Source of the DNA: an uncultured Bacillota bacterium
Lineage (GTDB): Bacteria > Sysuimicrobiota > Sysuimicrobiia > Sysuimicrobiales > Segetimicrobiaceae
Assembly: GCA_963804645.1 (NCBI GenBank)
Contig: CAWDRG010000017.1
Span: forward strand, 704,001 to 768,000
Direction: 5' to 3'
DNA length: 64,000 nucleotides
Under the pieces are notes generated by a model that was given only the letters and a program-made list of their open reading frames with translations, was not told the origin of the DNA and ran no database searches. Position numbers and translations under genes: made by a program. Positions 10,835 through 20,468 of the stretch are shown here, in pieces (position 1 is the stretch's first letter; each line of letters begins with the position of its first letter).

Positions 10835-11986
10835 CTAGAACAGGTTGGCCTCCTTGTGCAGCTCGCCCGCGAACCGTCCCAGCCGGAACGGGGCGGGGTC
10901 GAGCGAGGTCGCCGCCCCGTCCAGAATCTCCTCGCTGATCAGCCTGCCGATCGCGGGCGCGTGCATGAACCCCTTGCCGTTGTCGCCGCACGCCAGGACC
11001 AGGCCGTCCACTCCCTCGACGCGGCCCAGGATCGGGTGGTAGTCGGGCGTGAGCGCGCGCAGCCCGACGTAGGTGCGCCGCAGCGGCGCGTGCATCAGGC
11101 TGGGGATCCGGCGTGCGGCGGCGGATAGCACGCGCTCGACCCCGTCCATGTCGACGTCGAGGCCGAACCCCGGGCGGGTATCCTTGTCCGTGCCGCCGAG
11201 CAGCAGATCGCCGCGGCCGGTGCGGTGCATGTTGAAGCCGGTCTCCGTGTCGGTCGTCAGGGGGAGCTCCACGTCGAGCTCGGGGACCCGGGCGACGACG
11301 CAGACCTGGCGGCGGAAGGGCTGCGCCGGCACGTCCACGCCGGCGAGCCGCGCGATCTCGGCCGAGTAGGGGCCGGCCGCGATGACCACGGTGCCGGCCT
11401 CGAACGCGTCCGTCGGCGTGCGGACCCCGGTGATCCGGCCCCCGGTCGTCCGGAAGCCGACGACCTCCTGCTCGAACCGGATCTCCGCGCCCCACGTCCG
11501 GGCCCGGGCCGAATACCCCTGCACGGCGGCCGCGGGCTCCGCGGACCCGTCCTCGGCGCAGTACGCCGCGCCGATCAGGTCGTCGGTGCGCAACCCTGGG
11601 ACCAACTGGGCCGCGTCGCGCGGGCCGATGATCTCGCTCGGCACCCCGAACGAGCGCTGGAGCGCCACGCCGTCGCGCAGGCTCTCGAGGATGCTCGGGG
11701 TCGCCGTCAGAAACAGATACCCGTTTTGACGGAAATGGACGGAATATCCGGTCGCGTCCTCGAAGGCGCGGTACTCGGGAATGCTGAGCTGGCTCAACCG
11801 GATGTTCGCCTCGGTCGTAAACTGCGCGCGGATGCCGCCGGCCGCCTTGGCCGTGGATCCGGTCCCCAGCATCGACTCGCGCTCGAGCAGCGTCACCCGC
11901 AGGCCGCGATCCCGGCGCAGCAGATGGTAGGCGATGCTGCATCCCACCACGCCCCCGCCGATAATGACGACATCCGCTCGTTCCAC
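10835..11986 (-). CDS. FAD-dependent oxidoreductase, DAO/sarcosine oxidase beta-like
   Basis: DVVIIGGGVVG, GSTAKAAGGIR, GLRALTPDYHPILG, GKGFMHAPAIG. Confidence 0.92.
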   Translation of the reverse strand: MERADVVIIGGGVVGCSIAYHLLRRDRGLRVTLLERESMLGTGSTAKAAGGIRAQFTTEANIRLSQLSIPEYRAFEDATGYSVHFRQNGYLFLTATPSILESLRDGVALQRSFGVPSEIIGPRDAAQLVPGLRTDDLIGAAYCAEDGSAEPAAAVQGYSARARTWGAEIRFEQEVVGFRTTGGRITGVRTPTDAFEAGTVVIAAGPYSAEIARLAGVDVPAQPFRRQVCVVARVPELDVELPLTTDTETGFNMHRTGRGDLLLGGTDKDTRPGFGLDVDMDGVERVLSAAARRIPSLMHAPLRRTYVGLRALTPDYHPILGRVEGVDGLVLACGDNGKGFMHAPAIGRLISEEILDGAATSLDPAPFRLGRFAGELHKEANLF

Positions 11987-12069
11987 GTGACTCCCCCTCG
12001 CGATCTCAGATCTGCTGACGCGGCCGGGGTCCCCGCCGACGCGCGGCGCCCCGCCGCGGGTCGAGGCGC

Positions 12070-13176
12070 TCAGGAGGACGCCGAGCGCGCGCGCTGGCTC
12101 GCGTCGTGGCCCTCGTGGGGATACACGGCTTCGTTCAGCGCGCGCAGCTCCTCGATGTTCGCCGGGCCGCGCCCGCGCCGCCCCGCTTCGAGATCATGGA
12201 TGAGGTCGATCACCCGCTCGTTCAGCGGGGTCGCCAGCCCGTGCGCGCGGGCGACGTCGACCACAACGCCGAGCTGCGCGTCGATCTCGGTCGGGCGGTG
12301 CTTGATCACCATGTCGCGCCAGATCCCGTTGTGCGTGTTCAACGACTGCCGGTTCACGATGACGCGCTGGTCGAGGCAGCGGTGGATCGCCGCCCAGTCC
12401 CGGGGCGTCGTGAACCGCATCGCGTCGGCGTCGTACCCGCTGAAGCCGACGGACCGCACGCCCTCCGCGTCCGCCACGCGGACGATCTCGCCCGCCAGGT
12501 TCGCGAGCAGCGACCGGCTGCGGGGATCCGCAAACGCGTCTCCCATGCTGTCGTCGATCGTCGCGGTCGCGAACAGCATGGACACGTACCCGAGCTTGCC
12601 CCACAGATGCCCCCAGATGTTGTCCGTCAGCTGCGTATGCTCGAGAAACGCCTCCCGGAAGATCGCTCCGAGCCGCTCGAGCCGGTCCGTCATGCGTCCG
12701 TCGAGCTCGCCGAGATAGAGCTCGGCCCGGCTGGACAGCTTGATGCGCCCGGGGCCGAGGTAATCGGCCCCGAAGTTCACGAACGCCCCCATCGTGCGCT
12801 CCGCGCCGACCCGCTGCGCGATCTGGCGCTCGTTGAGGCCGTTCTGCAGCGACACGATCACGCCGCGGGCGTCCAGGAGGGGCGCCACCGCCTCGAGCGC
12901 CGCCGCGGTGTGGTGCGCCTTCACGGCCAGCAGCACCGTCTCGAGCGGACGCCCGTCGAGCGCGCCCGCCAGGCCGGCCGGCGTGACCGCGGGCACCCGC
13001 ACCCGAAACGTCGACTGCCCCTCGACGCTCAACCCGTCCCGCGCGATCGCCTCGACGTGCGGCAGCAGGCTGTCGACGAAGAGCACGTCGTGGCCGGCGC
13101 GGGCGAAGTGCGCGCCCACCGATCCGCCGATGCCGCCGGCGCCCACCACCACGAACCGACTTGGGGACCTCGCCAC
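12070..13176 (-). CDS. Ketopantoate reductase (ApbA/PanE)-like oxidoreductase, copy 1
   Basis: GAGGIG, LAVKA, SLQNG, LWGKL, RPTEID. GTG start after GGAGG. Confidence 0.88.
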   Translation of the reverse strand: MARSPSRFVVVGAGGIGGSVGAHFARAGHDVLFVDSLLPHVEAIARDGLSVEGQSTFRVRVPAVTPAGLAGALDGRPLETVLLAVKAHHTAAALEAVAPLLDARGVIVSLQNGLNERQIAQRVGAERTMGAFVNFGADYLGPGRIKLSSRAELYLGELDGRMTDRLERLGAIFREAFLEHTQLTDNIWGHLWGKLGYVSMLFATATIDDSMGDAFADPRSRSLLANLAGEIVRVADAEGVRSVGFSGYDADAMRFTTPRDWAAIHRCLDQRVIVNRQSLNTHNGIWRDMVIKHRPTEIDAQLGVVVDVARAHGLATPLNERVIDLIHDLEAGRRGRGPANIEELRALNEAVYPHEGHDASQRARSASS

Positions 13177-13290
13177 TCCCGAGACCTCCGCCCGCAGCGC
13201 ATTTCGCGGTCCACCGCACGCGCCGTCCATGCGGCCGCCGGCCGCCCGAACGGACCGCAGCCGTCGACACGGCGCTGGGGTGATCCGCTA

Positions 13291-13318
13291 CTTCCCCCCG
13301 CGCGGGGCGGTTCCCTCC
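13291..13318 (-). promoter_or_regulatory. Putative sigmaH-like promoter GGAGGG-N18-GAAG
   Basis: Intergenic, sense to PanE-like copy 1. Same geometry as five other sites in the window. Confidence 0.4.
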
Positions 13319-13340
13319 GCGTACGGCGCCCCGCCCCGGC

Positions 13341-14444
13341 TCACGCGGTGCCCGGATGGCCCCGCCGGCTCGCCGCGCGGTCGTCCGACGGATAGCACCG
13401 ATCGTTCAGGACCCGGAGCTCCTCAAGATTCGCGGGCTGCCGCACGCGCCGCCCCTCCTCGAGGTCGTGGATCACCTCGATCAGGCGGGCGTTCAAAGGC
13501 ACCGCCAGCCCGTGCGCCGCCGCGATCTCCGCGAGAAGGCCCAGATGCGCATCCACCTCGGTGCGCCGGTGCTTCATCGCCATGTCGCGCCACATGCCGC
13601 ACCGCGCGTTGATCGATGCGCGGTTCACGACCACGCGCCGGTCGAGGCTGCGGTGAATGGCCGCCCACTCCCGGGGCACGACAAACCGCATCGCGTCCGG
13701 GTCGTACCCGGCGAATCCTTCGCACCGCACGCCCTCGGCATCCGCCACGCGGACGACCTCCCCGGCGAGGTTCGCAAACAGCGCACGGTTGTCGAGGTCG
13801 GCAAACGCATCGCCCATCGTCTCGTCGGTCGTCGCATTCGCGAACAGCATCGACACGTACCCGAGCTTGCCCCACAGATGGCCCCAGATATTGCCGGTCA
13901 GCTGCGTGTGCTCAAGCACGGCCGTGCGGAAGATCGCCCCGAGCTGCTCGAGCCGGTCCGTGATGCGCCCGTCCAACTCCCCCAGGTACAGCTCGGCCCG
14001 GCTCGACATCAACACCCGGCCGGGCGCGAGATAGTCGGCGCCGAAGTTCACGAACGCGCCGATCGTGCGGTGGGCGCCGATCCGTTCGGCGATGAGGCGC
14101 TCGTTCAGCCCGTTCTGCATCGACACGACGACGCTGTGCGCGTCCAGCAGCGGCACGACCGGGCCGAGCGCCGCCGCCGTATCCTGCGCGTTGACCGCCA
14201 GAAGCACCGTCCGCGGGGCGCGCCCGGCCAGCACCGATGCCAGCGCGTCGGGGGTGGTGGCCGGCACGCGCACGTGAAAACTAGCCGCCCCCTCGACCGC
14301 GAGCCCGCCGACGGCGATCGCACGGACGTGATCGCGCACTCGGTCGACGAGGAGCACCTCGTATCCGGCGCGGGCCAGGTGCGCCCCGGTCACCCCGCCG
14401 ATGCCGCCGGCGCCGATCACGATGAACTGCGGCGCCACGGTCAC
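13341..14444 (-). CDS. Ketopantoate reductase-like oxidoreductase, copy 2
   Basis: GAGGIG, SMQNG, LWGKL, RRTEVD. Close paralog of copy 1. Confidence 0.88.
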   Translation of the reverse strand: MTVAPQFIVIGAGGIGGVTGAHLARAGYEVLLVDRVRDHVRAIAVGGLAVEGAASFHVRVPATTPDALASVLAGRAPRTVLLAVNAQDTAAALGPVVPLLDAHSVVVSMQNGLNERLIAERIGAHRTIGAFVNFGADYLAPGRVLMSSRAELYLGELDGRITDRLEQLGAIFRTAVLEHTQLTGNIWGHLWGKLGYVSMLFANATTDETMGDAFADLDNRALFANLAGEVVRVADAEGVRCEGFAGYDPDAMRFVVPREWAAIHRSLDRRVVVNRASINARCGMWRDMAMKHRRTEVDAHLGLLAEIAAAHGLAVPLNARLIEVIHDLEEGRRVRQPANLEELRVLNDRCYPSDDRAASRRGHPGTA

Positions 14445-14460
14445 GGCAGGCGCACCGTCC

Positions 14461-16155
14461 TCATGACGCCGCGCCCGCCAGGAAGGACTCCACGCGCCGG
14501 CACGCCCGGCGCAGCGCGTACACGAGCGCGTTGCGCGCCCGGACGAGATCCACGAGCAGCCGCTTCGCCTCGTCGGAGTCGGCGGCCGCCGCGGCGAGAC
14601 GCGGAACGGCGCCGAGCGTCGGCAGCCACGCCGGCGACAGCGCCCCGTCGTGCGCGAAGCGGCCGGCCCCCTGGTGAAGCGCCGGCACGAGCATGCGTCC
14701 CAGGTCGCGCAGGCACGCATTCACCGCGCGTGCGCGAGCGCCGCCGGATCCGGTCGCTGCCACGTCCGCGAGGCGCCTGCACCGCGCCTCGAGATCCGCC
14801 GCGGCCGCGAGGGCCGGGGAGAGATCGAACCTGCCGCCGCCCGCCTCCGCGAGAGACGCCAGGTGTTCGCGGACGGCGGCCGCGCACGATGCGTAGTCCA
14901 GCGGCAGCACGGGATCGGTCAGCAGGCGTTCGACGGCCGCGAGATAGATCTGCGTGTCCCGCACGAGCCGCGCGGCCTCCAGTTTGTCCGGCGTATCCTC
15001 GGCCGTGTGCAGCCACCACCCGAAGGTGCCGTCCGGCTGCCGCGAGACCTCGCCGAACAGCGACGGGACACCGATCCCCCAGAACGATTCGTCGTTGGAC
15101 CGGGACACCCGATCGACCGGGGCCCGCTCGCCGGTGGCCTCCACCATCGCCCACTCCGCCAGCGCGGCCGCCTCTCCGGTGGCCCGCGTGACCAGACGGT
15201 CGGCGCCGGCGGCCCCGATCACGTCGACGTTCACGTGCAGCACGCAGTGCTGCTCCAGATCGAACCAGTGGTGGTCCGCGTACCACGCCGACGAGGAATA
15301 CCCGCCGTGCGAGTGCCCGGACCAAAACGCGACGCGGAGCCCGCGCCGCAGCGACGACCGGCCGGATGCGAGCAGCCGCGCGATCTCGAGCATCGCCGCG
15401 TTGGCGCCCGCGTTGTCCATCGCCCCCCGGTACCAGGCGTCGAGATGGCCGGAGAGCAGCACGTACGCGCCGGGCTCCGCCTCGGGGTGACCCGGCGCCA
15501 AATCACCGATAACGATGGGGGTGCGCGTCCAGCCGGTGTGCACCGCCGCGGCGGCATGGATCTCGACCCGGCCCTCCGCGCACAGGGCTGCGAGCGCCGC
15601 ACCGTCCTCGCGCGCGACCGAAAGGAGCGGGAGACCGACCAGGTCGTGCACGGTGCGCTCCGACGGATTGCCCCACACGGGGGATACGCACATCTCCTGG
15701 GCGAGGCGCCCGCCGACGAACACGACGCCGCGGGCTCCGGCAGCCGCCGCGTTGCACACCGCCTGCTTCGCCGCCCGCTCGGACGGACTCGCCCGGTCGA
15801 CCAGCACGTACCGTCCGGCGGCGCCCGCCGCGGCCAGCTCCGCCGGGCTCCCGGTGCCGCCGTCGACGATCTCGGCCGAGTCGCCCTCCGGCCCGGTGGA
15901 CGCGCCCATCGAATGCGTGATGCACGGCACCTCGCGCGCCGCCGGCGCGACCACCCGCAGGCGCGCCTCGCCCGGCACGCTGATGTACGCGTCGTGCGTC
16001 AGCGTCCTCGCGGCCAGCCCGGCGGACGCCAACCGGCCCTCGACGTAGGCGGCGGCGCGCCGCTCGTCCTCCGTCCCCGCCTCGCGCCGCCATCTGGCGA
16101 TCGCGCGCGCCTCGTCCATCAACCGCCCGGCCGATACCTGATCGAGGCTGCTCAC
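14461..16155 (-). CDS. M28-family PA-domain hydrolase, non-canonical subtype B (copy B2)
   Basis: SGHLDAW..GAMDN, FWSGHSHGGYSSS, NVD, WWLHTAED. Colinear paralog of 5686-7386. Confidence 0.85.
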   Translation of the reverse strand: MSSLDQVSAGRLMDEARAIARWRREAGTEDERRAAAYVEGRLASAGLAARTLTHDAYISVPGEARLRVVAPAAREVPCITHSMGASTGPEGDSAEIVDGGTGSPAELAAAGAAGRYVLVDRASPSERAAKQAVCNAAAAGARGVVFVGGRLAQEMCVSPVWGNPSERTVHDLVGLPLLSVAREDGAALAALCAEGRVEIHAAAAVHTGWTRTPIVIGDLAPGHPEAEPGAYVLLSGHLDAWYRGAMDNAGANAAMLEIARLLASGRSSLRRGLRVAFWSGHSHGGYSSSAWYADHHWFDLEQHCVLHVNVDVIGAAGADRLVTRATGEAAALAEWAMVEATGERAPVDRVSRSNDESFWGIGVPSLFGEVSRQPDGTFGWWLHTAEDTPDKLEAARLVRDTQIYLAAVERLLTDPVLPLDYASCAAAVREHLASLAEAGGGRFDLSPALAAAADLEARCRRLADVAATGSGGARARAVNACLRDLGRMLVPALHQGAGRFAHDGALSPAWLPTLGAVPRLAAAAADSDEAKRLLVDLVRARNALVYALRRACRRVESFLAGAAS

Positions 16156-16180
16156 ACCGCGCTCCTCCCGGCCCCGGAGC

Positions 16181-17551
16181 CTACCCCTCCCCCGGCAGCC
16201 TGCGGCCTTCGTACCGGAGGACGCGGTCCAGTTCCCGCACGGCCAGCACGGCGGCGATCTCCTGCGGTGTCTTGCGCCGCATCGGGATCTCGTCGACGGT
16301 CACCAGCCGGAAGGCGAGCCGCGCGACGCGGCTCGCCTCCAGCTCGATTGCCCGCCCGGACACCTTGTCCAGGGTGTCCATCGGGGTGTGCCCAAACCCT
16401 CGCACCGCGGCCGCGGAGGCGCCGGGCGGCTGGTCGGACATCACGATCGCTCCGGGGAATCCCTGCGCCGTGAACGAGTAGTGGTCGGAGTGCAGCCACA
16501 GCGACGCCTCGTAGGGATCGTCGACCACGTCCCCCTCGTACAGCCCCCGCAGAAACTCCAGGCCCTCCGGCCACGCCGGAAAGTGGATCGTGGCGCTCAT
16601 GCTGCGCGCGGATCCGTCCAGATTCAGCATGAACCGGATCGACTCCGCGCGGTGCCGCTCCGCGTGGTGGCGGGAGCCGTGCAGTCCCGTCTCCTCGCCG
16701 GAGAACGCCACGAACCGGAGGGTGCGGAGGAACTCGCCGCGATACGCGCGGAGCGTGCGCGCCACTTCCATGAGCACGGACAGGCCGGCGCCGTTGTCCA
16801 TCGCGCCCTGGCCGATGTCGTGGGCGTCGTAATGCGCGCCGAGGACGATCACGTCCTCCGGCCAGCGCGTGCCCTTGAACTCCGCCACCAGATTGTGGGA
16901 CGTCACGGGGCAGTTTTGGTTCGCGGATGTGATCCGCAGCCGCGCGGGCCCGCGCCCGGCCAACCGCTGGAGTTCGTACCCGTGCTCGTAGGACACCGCG
17001 ACCGCCGGGGCCTCCGCGGCGAACCCCAACCGCGTGGGGCCGGCCTCCGGCAGACCGCCGGGCACGCCCCGCATCCAGATGAAGCCGACGGCACCCGCGT
17101 CGAACGCCCGCCCGACCTTCTCGAGCAGATTCATCCGGACGCGCGCGAACCGCGGAATGGCCGTCGTCGCCATGACGATCGCGTCCCGCATCGCGGGCCG
17201 CAGCGCCTCAAACGTGCGCGGATCGCCGGGCCCGACGTCGACCAGCGGGCCTTCCACCACGCCCGGCGGAGAGTACGGCAGCGCGATGCAAGGGATGTCG
17301 CGGACGACCGGGGCCACGGCCGCGAGGTGGGTCTCGCCGCGCGTCCATCCGGGACAGGTAAACGTCTCGGTCGCCACCGAGTCGGCGCCGAGGCCTTCGA
17401 AGCGCTCCCGGATGAACGCCGCCGCCGCGTGCTCCTGGGGGCTGCCGTGAAACCGGGGGCCGAAGCGGTCCACGAGCTCCTCGACGAACGCCAGTCCGCC
17501 AGTGGAGAAGTGCAGGGCGCCCACGATCTCACGGTCGATCCGCTCAAGCAT
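16181..17551 (-). CDS. M28 peptidase with PA domain, subtype A (copy A3)
   Basis: GAHYDAHDIGQGAMDNGAG, FSGEETG, NLDG, SDH, GHTPMD. Confidence 0.9.
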   Translation of the reverse strand: MLERIDREIVGALHFSTGGLAFVEELVDRFGPRFHGSPQEHAAAAFIRERFEGLGADSVATETFTCPGWTRGETHLAAVAPVVRDIPCIALPYSPPGVVEGPLVDVGPGDPRTFEALRPAMRDAIVMATTAIPRFARVRMNLLEKVGRAFDAGAVGFIWMRGVPGGLPEAGPTRLGFAAEAPAVAVSYEHGYELQRLAGRGPARLRITSANQNCPVTSHNLVAEFKGTRWPEDVIVLGAHYDAHDIGQGAMDNGAGLSVLMEVARTLRAYRGEFLRTLRFVAFSGEETGLHGSRHHAERHRAESIRFMLNLDGSARSMSATIHFPAWPEGLEFLRGLYEGDVVDDPYEASLWLHSDHYSFTAQGFPGAIVMSDQPPGASAAAVRGFGHTPMDTLDKVSGRAIELEASRVARLAFRLVTVDEIPMRRKTPQEIAAVLAVRELDRVLRYEGRRLPGEG

Positions 17552-17671
17552 GCCGTCTCTCCTCCGCAGCGTGGAATCAGGTGGGCGGCGAGGCCGCGCG
17601 CGGCCGTGCCGCGCCGATCCCCCGTCGGACTCCGCCGCGGGGCGGCCCGAGCCGTCGACGCGCGCGGGCCG

Positions 17672-19216
17672 CTACTTCGCGGCGAACGACGCGGTCGCGA
17701 CCGTGATCTCGTAGTCCGGCCGCGGCGTCCAGATCAAGTCCTTCCGCAGGCCGTAGACGTTCGGCGCGGTAAACAAGGAGATGTCGGGCGCTTCGTTCTC
17801 GAACAGGGCCTGCGCGTGAAAGTACAGCTCCTTCGCGGCGGCCGGATCCAAGGTCGCCTTGGCCTGCTCCAGGATCGTATCGAACTCCGGATTGCGGTAG
17901 AGCGACGTCGGGCCCTTGCTGTAGAACATGTTGCTCGGCGTCTCGCCGGCGGATCCGATGCGGTCGGTCGACCGGAGAAACACGACGTCCTCGGGCACGT
18001 TCTTCGTGACGTTCGTCTGGGTCAGCAGCACCCCGACCTCACGAATGTTCACGGTCGTGTGCAGCCCGATCGCCTGCAGCTGCGCCGCGACGGCGAGCGT
18101 AATGTCGCGGTCCCCGGGATAGGTCCCGGACGGCGTCACAAAGCTGATGTCAATCCCGTTCGGATACCCGGCCTGGCGCAGCAGCGCCCGGGCCCGCGCG
18201 GGATCGTACGGATACGGGATGATCGCCGGATCGCACGCCTGGGCGCCGGGCGTGCAGAACGTGGCGACGGGCGTGCCGACGCCGCCCATGATGCTGGAGA
18301 TCAAGATCTTGCGATCCACCGCGTAGTTGATCGCCTGCCGCACCAGCTTATTGGAGAGCGGACGGTTCGGCGGCGTGTTCCACAGGTTGAAGAGCAGGAA
18401 GTAGATGCCGTTGCTCGCCCCGGAGACCAGCTTCAATTTCGCGTTGTGCCGGATCGGATCGAACTCGCTCGGCGGAATCAGGTTGATGAGGTCCACCGAT
18501 CCCGCGAGCAGCTCCGCCAGCCGCGACGCTTCGCTCGGAATCGCCCGGAACGTCACGTGATCGATCTTGGGCTTGCCGCCCCAGTAGTCGGGATTCGCCT
18601 CGATCTCAATGTGGTCGTCGACCATGTGGTTGACAAACCGGTACGGGCCGGTGCCCACGGGATGCCGTCCGAGCGCATCTTCGCCGTTCTGCTGGACGTA
18701 CTGCGGGGGCTCCATCCAGCCGTAATGGGCGAGGTATTGGGGCAGCAGCGGCCACGTGTACTTCGTGTGGATCCGGACGGTGGAGTCGTCGACGACCTCG
18801 ACGCTGTCGATCGGGCTGAGGGCGCTCGCCGCCTCCCACTTCGTCTTCGGGTCGCGGGCTCGGTCCAGCGAGAATTTGACCGCGTTCGCATCAAAGGTCT
18901 CGCCGTCCTGGAACTTCACGCCGTGACGCAGCTTGAACTCCCACGTCATGGGGCCCACCACCTGCCAGGACACGGCCAGGCCGGGCACCGGCCGCAGGTT
19001 GACGTCCGTGCCCACCAGGGGGTCGTAGATATTGATCAACATGCTGTACGAGAGGATCGATCCCGTCTTGTAGGGATCCCCGGAGTGAATGTCCTCGGAC
19101 TCCCCGATCACGAGCGAGTTGGGCGTCTGCGCGGTGGCGAGCGCGGCGCCGCCCGCGTTGGCGCCCCACCACGCGATCAACGCACACAGCAAAATACTGA
19201 CAGCGCGCCGTTCCAT
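17672..19216 (-). CDS. ABC transporter substrate-binding protein, family 5 (DppA-like)
   Basis: Signal peptide MERRAVSILLCALIAWWG...A, PGLAVSW, FKLRHGVKFQDG, PVGTGPY, VRQAINYAVD, YDPARARALL..AGY. Confidence 0.93.
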   Translation of the reverse strand: MERRAVSILLCALIAWWGANAGGAALATAQTPNSLVIGESEDIHSGDPYKTGSILSYSMLINIYDPLVGTDVNLRPVPGLAVSWQVVGPMTWEFKLRHGVKFQDGETFDANAVKFSLDRARDPKTKWEAASALSPIDSVEVVDDSTVRIHTKYTWPLLPQYLAHYGWMEPPQYVQQNGEDALGRHPVGTGPYRFVNHMVDDHIEIEANPDYWGGKPKIDHVTFRAIPSEASRLAELLAGSVDLINLIPPSEFDPIRHNAKLKLVSGASNGIYFLLFNLWNTPPNRPLSNKLVRQAINYAVDRKILISSIMGGVGTPVATFCTPGAQACDPAIIPYPYDPARARALLRQAGYPNGIDISFVTPSGTYPGDRDITLAVAAQLQAIGLHTTVNIREVGVLLTQTNVTKNVPEDVVFLRSTDRIGSAGETPSNMFYSKGPTSLYRNPEFDTILEQAKATLDPAAAKELYFHAQALFENEAPDISLFTAPNVYGLRKDLIWTPRPDYEITVATASFAAK

Positions 19217-19290
19217 GCGCTCGGCCCCCCTGCCCGCGTTGTGGGTCGGATCTCGATCGAGGTCGTACACCGTGCCGCTGGAGAGCCGTG

Positions 19291-19318
19291 CTTCGTCCCG
19301 GGAGGAGAGATCCCCTCC
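19291..19318 (-). promoter_or_regulatory. Putative sigmaH-like promoter GGAGGG-N18-GAAG
   Basis: About 75 bp upstream of the SBP start, at the head of the long minus-strand cluster. Confidence 0.4.
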
Positions 19319-19474
19319 AGCCCCTAACAGTACCCCGTCGCGCGGCGCGCACCGGTGCGTCACGTGCGCCCGCCGCACACCAACGGGTTGATCCCGCGTA
19401 GGGAGTACCGTGCCGAGCACCGCATCCAGGTCGATGATGAACCGGACCGACGTCTGTCGCGTCTCGGCGGCCGC

Positions 19475-20461
19475 ATGAGCGAATCCCAGACGCTGGTGCT
19501 GTCGGCGGCCGACGTCCACGCGTGCCTCGATCCCGCGGCGGTCCCCGCGACGGTCGAAGCGACGCTCCGCGCGCTGGCGGAGGGCGCCGCGGACGCCGCC
19601 CCCCGCTCGTTTCTGCCCGTGGGAGACGGCGCCTTCATCGCGATGCCTGGGCACCTCCGCAGTCGACGGATCGCCGGCGTCAAGTGGGCCTCCACGCTCA
19701 ACGGCAATCCGGAGCGAGGGCTGCCGAAGGTCCGCGCGGCCGTCCTGCTCTGCGACGCGGAGACCGGACAGCTCGGCGCGATCCTCGACGCCAGGGAGAT
19801 CACCGCGCTCAGGACCGGAGCGCTCGCGGCGGTCGCCGCGAAATACTGCGCCCGCACCGGGGCCGCCGTCGCGGCGATCATCGGCTTCGGCGCGGTGGGC
19901 AAGGGCGCCCTGCGGGCGCTCGTCGAGATGTGCTCTCTGCGGGAGATCCGGGTATTCGGGCCGCGGCGCGAGGCGGTGGCCGCCGATGCCGCGGAGGCGG
20001 CCGCCGCCTCGGGGGTCCCGGTGGTACCGGCGGCGTCGATTCGGGACGCCGTCCGCGACGCCGACATCGTGGTGACGGCCGCCGGGCTCCGCGCGGACGC
20101 CCCGTTTCTCGAGGACGCCTGGATCCGCCCGGGGACGGTCGTGTGCGGCCTCGGGTCGTACCAGGAGGTCGACGGCGCACTGGTGACGCGCGCCGACAAG
20201 CTCGTGGTCGACGACTGGGACGCCAGCGCGCACCGGGGGCAGTTCGCTCCGCTGGTCGCCGCGGGGCGCCTGCGGCGGGAAGACGTGTACGCGGAACTGC
20301 CGGAGATCGTCTGCGGAGCGAAGCGCGGCCGATCGTCCGAGCGCGAGATCATCGTCGCGAGCCTGCTCGGGCGCGGGGTGTTCGATCTCGCGATCGCCGC
20401 CGATATCGTCGAGCAGGCGCGGCGCCTTGGCGTCGGGCAGCACGTCGGCATCGAATCGTGA
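19475..20461 (+). CDS. Ornithine cyclodeaminase/mu-crystallin family protein (second copy)
   Basis: GVKW....GNPERGLP, ETG, ITALRTGA, GFGAVG, ELPEIV.GAKRGR, GRGVFDLA. Confidence 0.9.
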   Translation: MSESQTLVLSAADVHACLDPAAVPATVEATLRALAEGAADAAPRSFLPVGDGAFIAMPGHLRSRRIAGVKWASTLNGNPERGLPKVRAAVLLCDAETGQLGAILDAREITALRTGALAAVAAKYCARTGAAVAAIIGFGAVGKGALRALVEMCSLREIRVFGPRREAVAADAAEAAAASGVPVVPAASIRDAVRDADIVVTAAGLRADAPFLEDAWIRPGTVVCGLGSYQEVDGALVTRADKLVVDDWDASAHRGQFAPLVAAGRLRREDVYAELPEIVCGAKRGRSSEREIIVASLLGRGVFDLAIAADIVEQARRLGVGQHVGIES

Positions 20462-20468
20462 CCGGCAC

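Noticed and set aside
16388..19327. Very long ORFs antisense to real genes (also 7413-9365, 37102-39780, 43794-46403, 60422-62581)
   Set aside because: Shadow ORFs caused by high GC3; R/A/G/P-rich with no motifs, opposite clearly identified genes.
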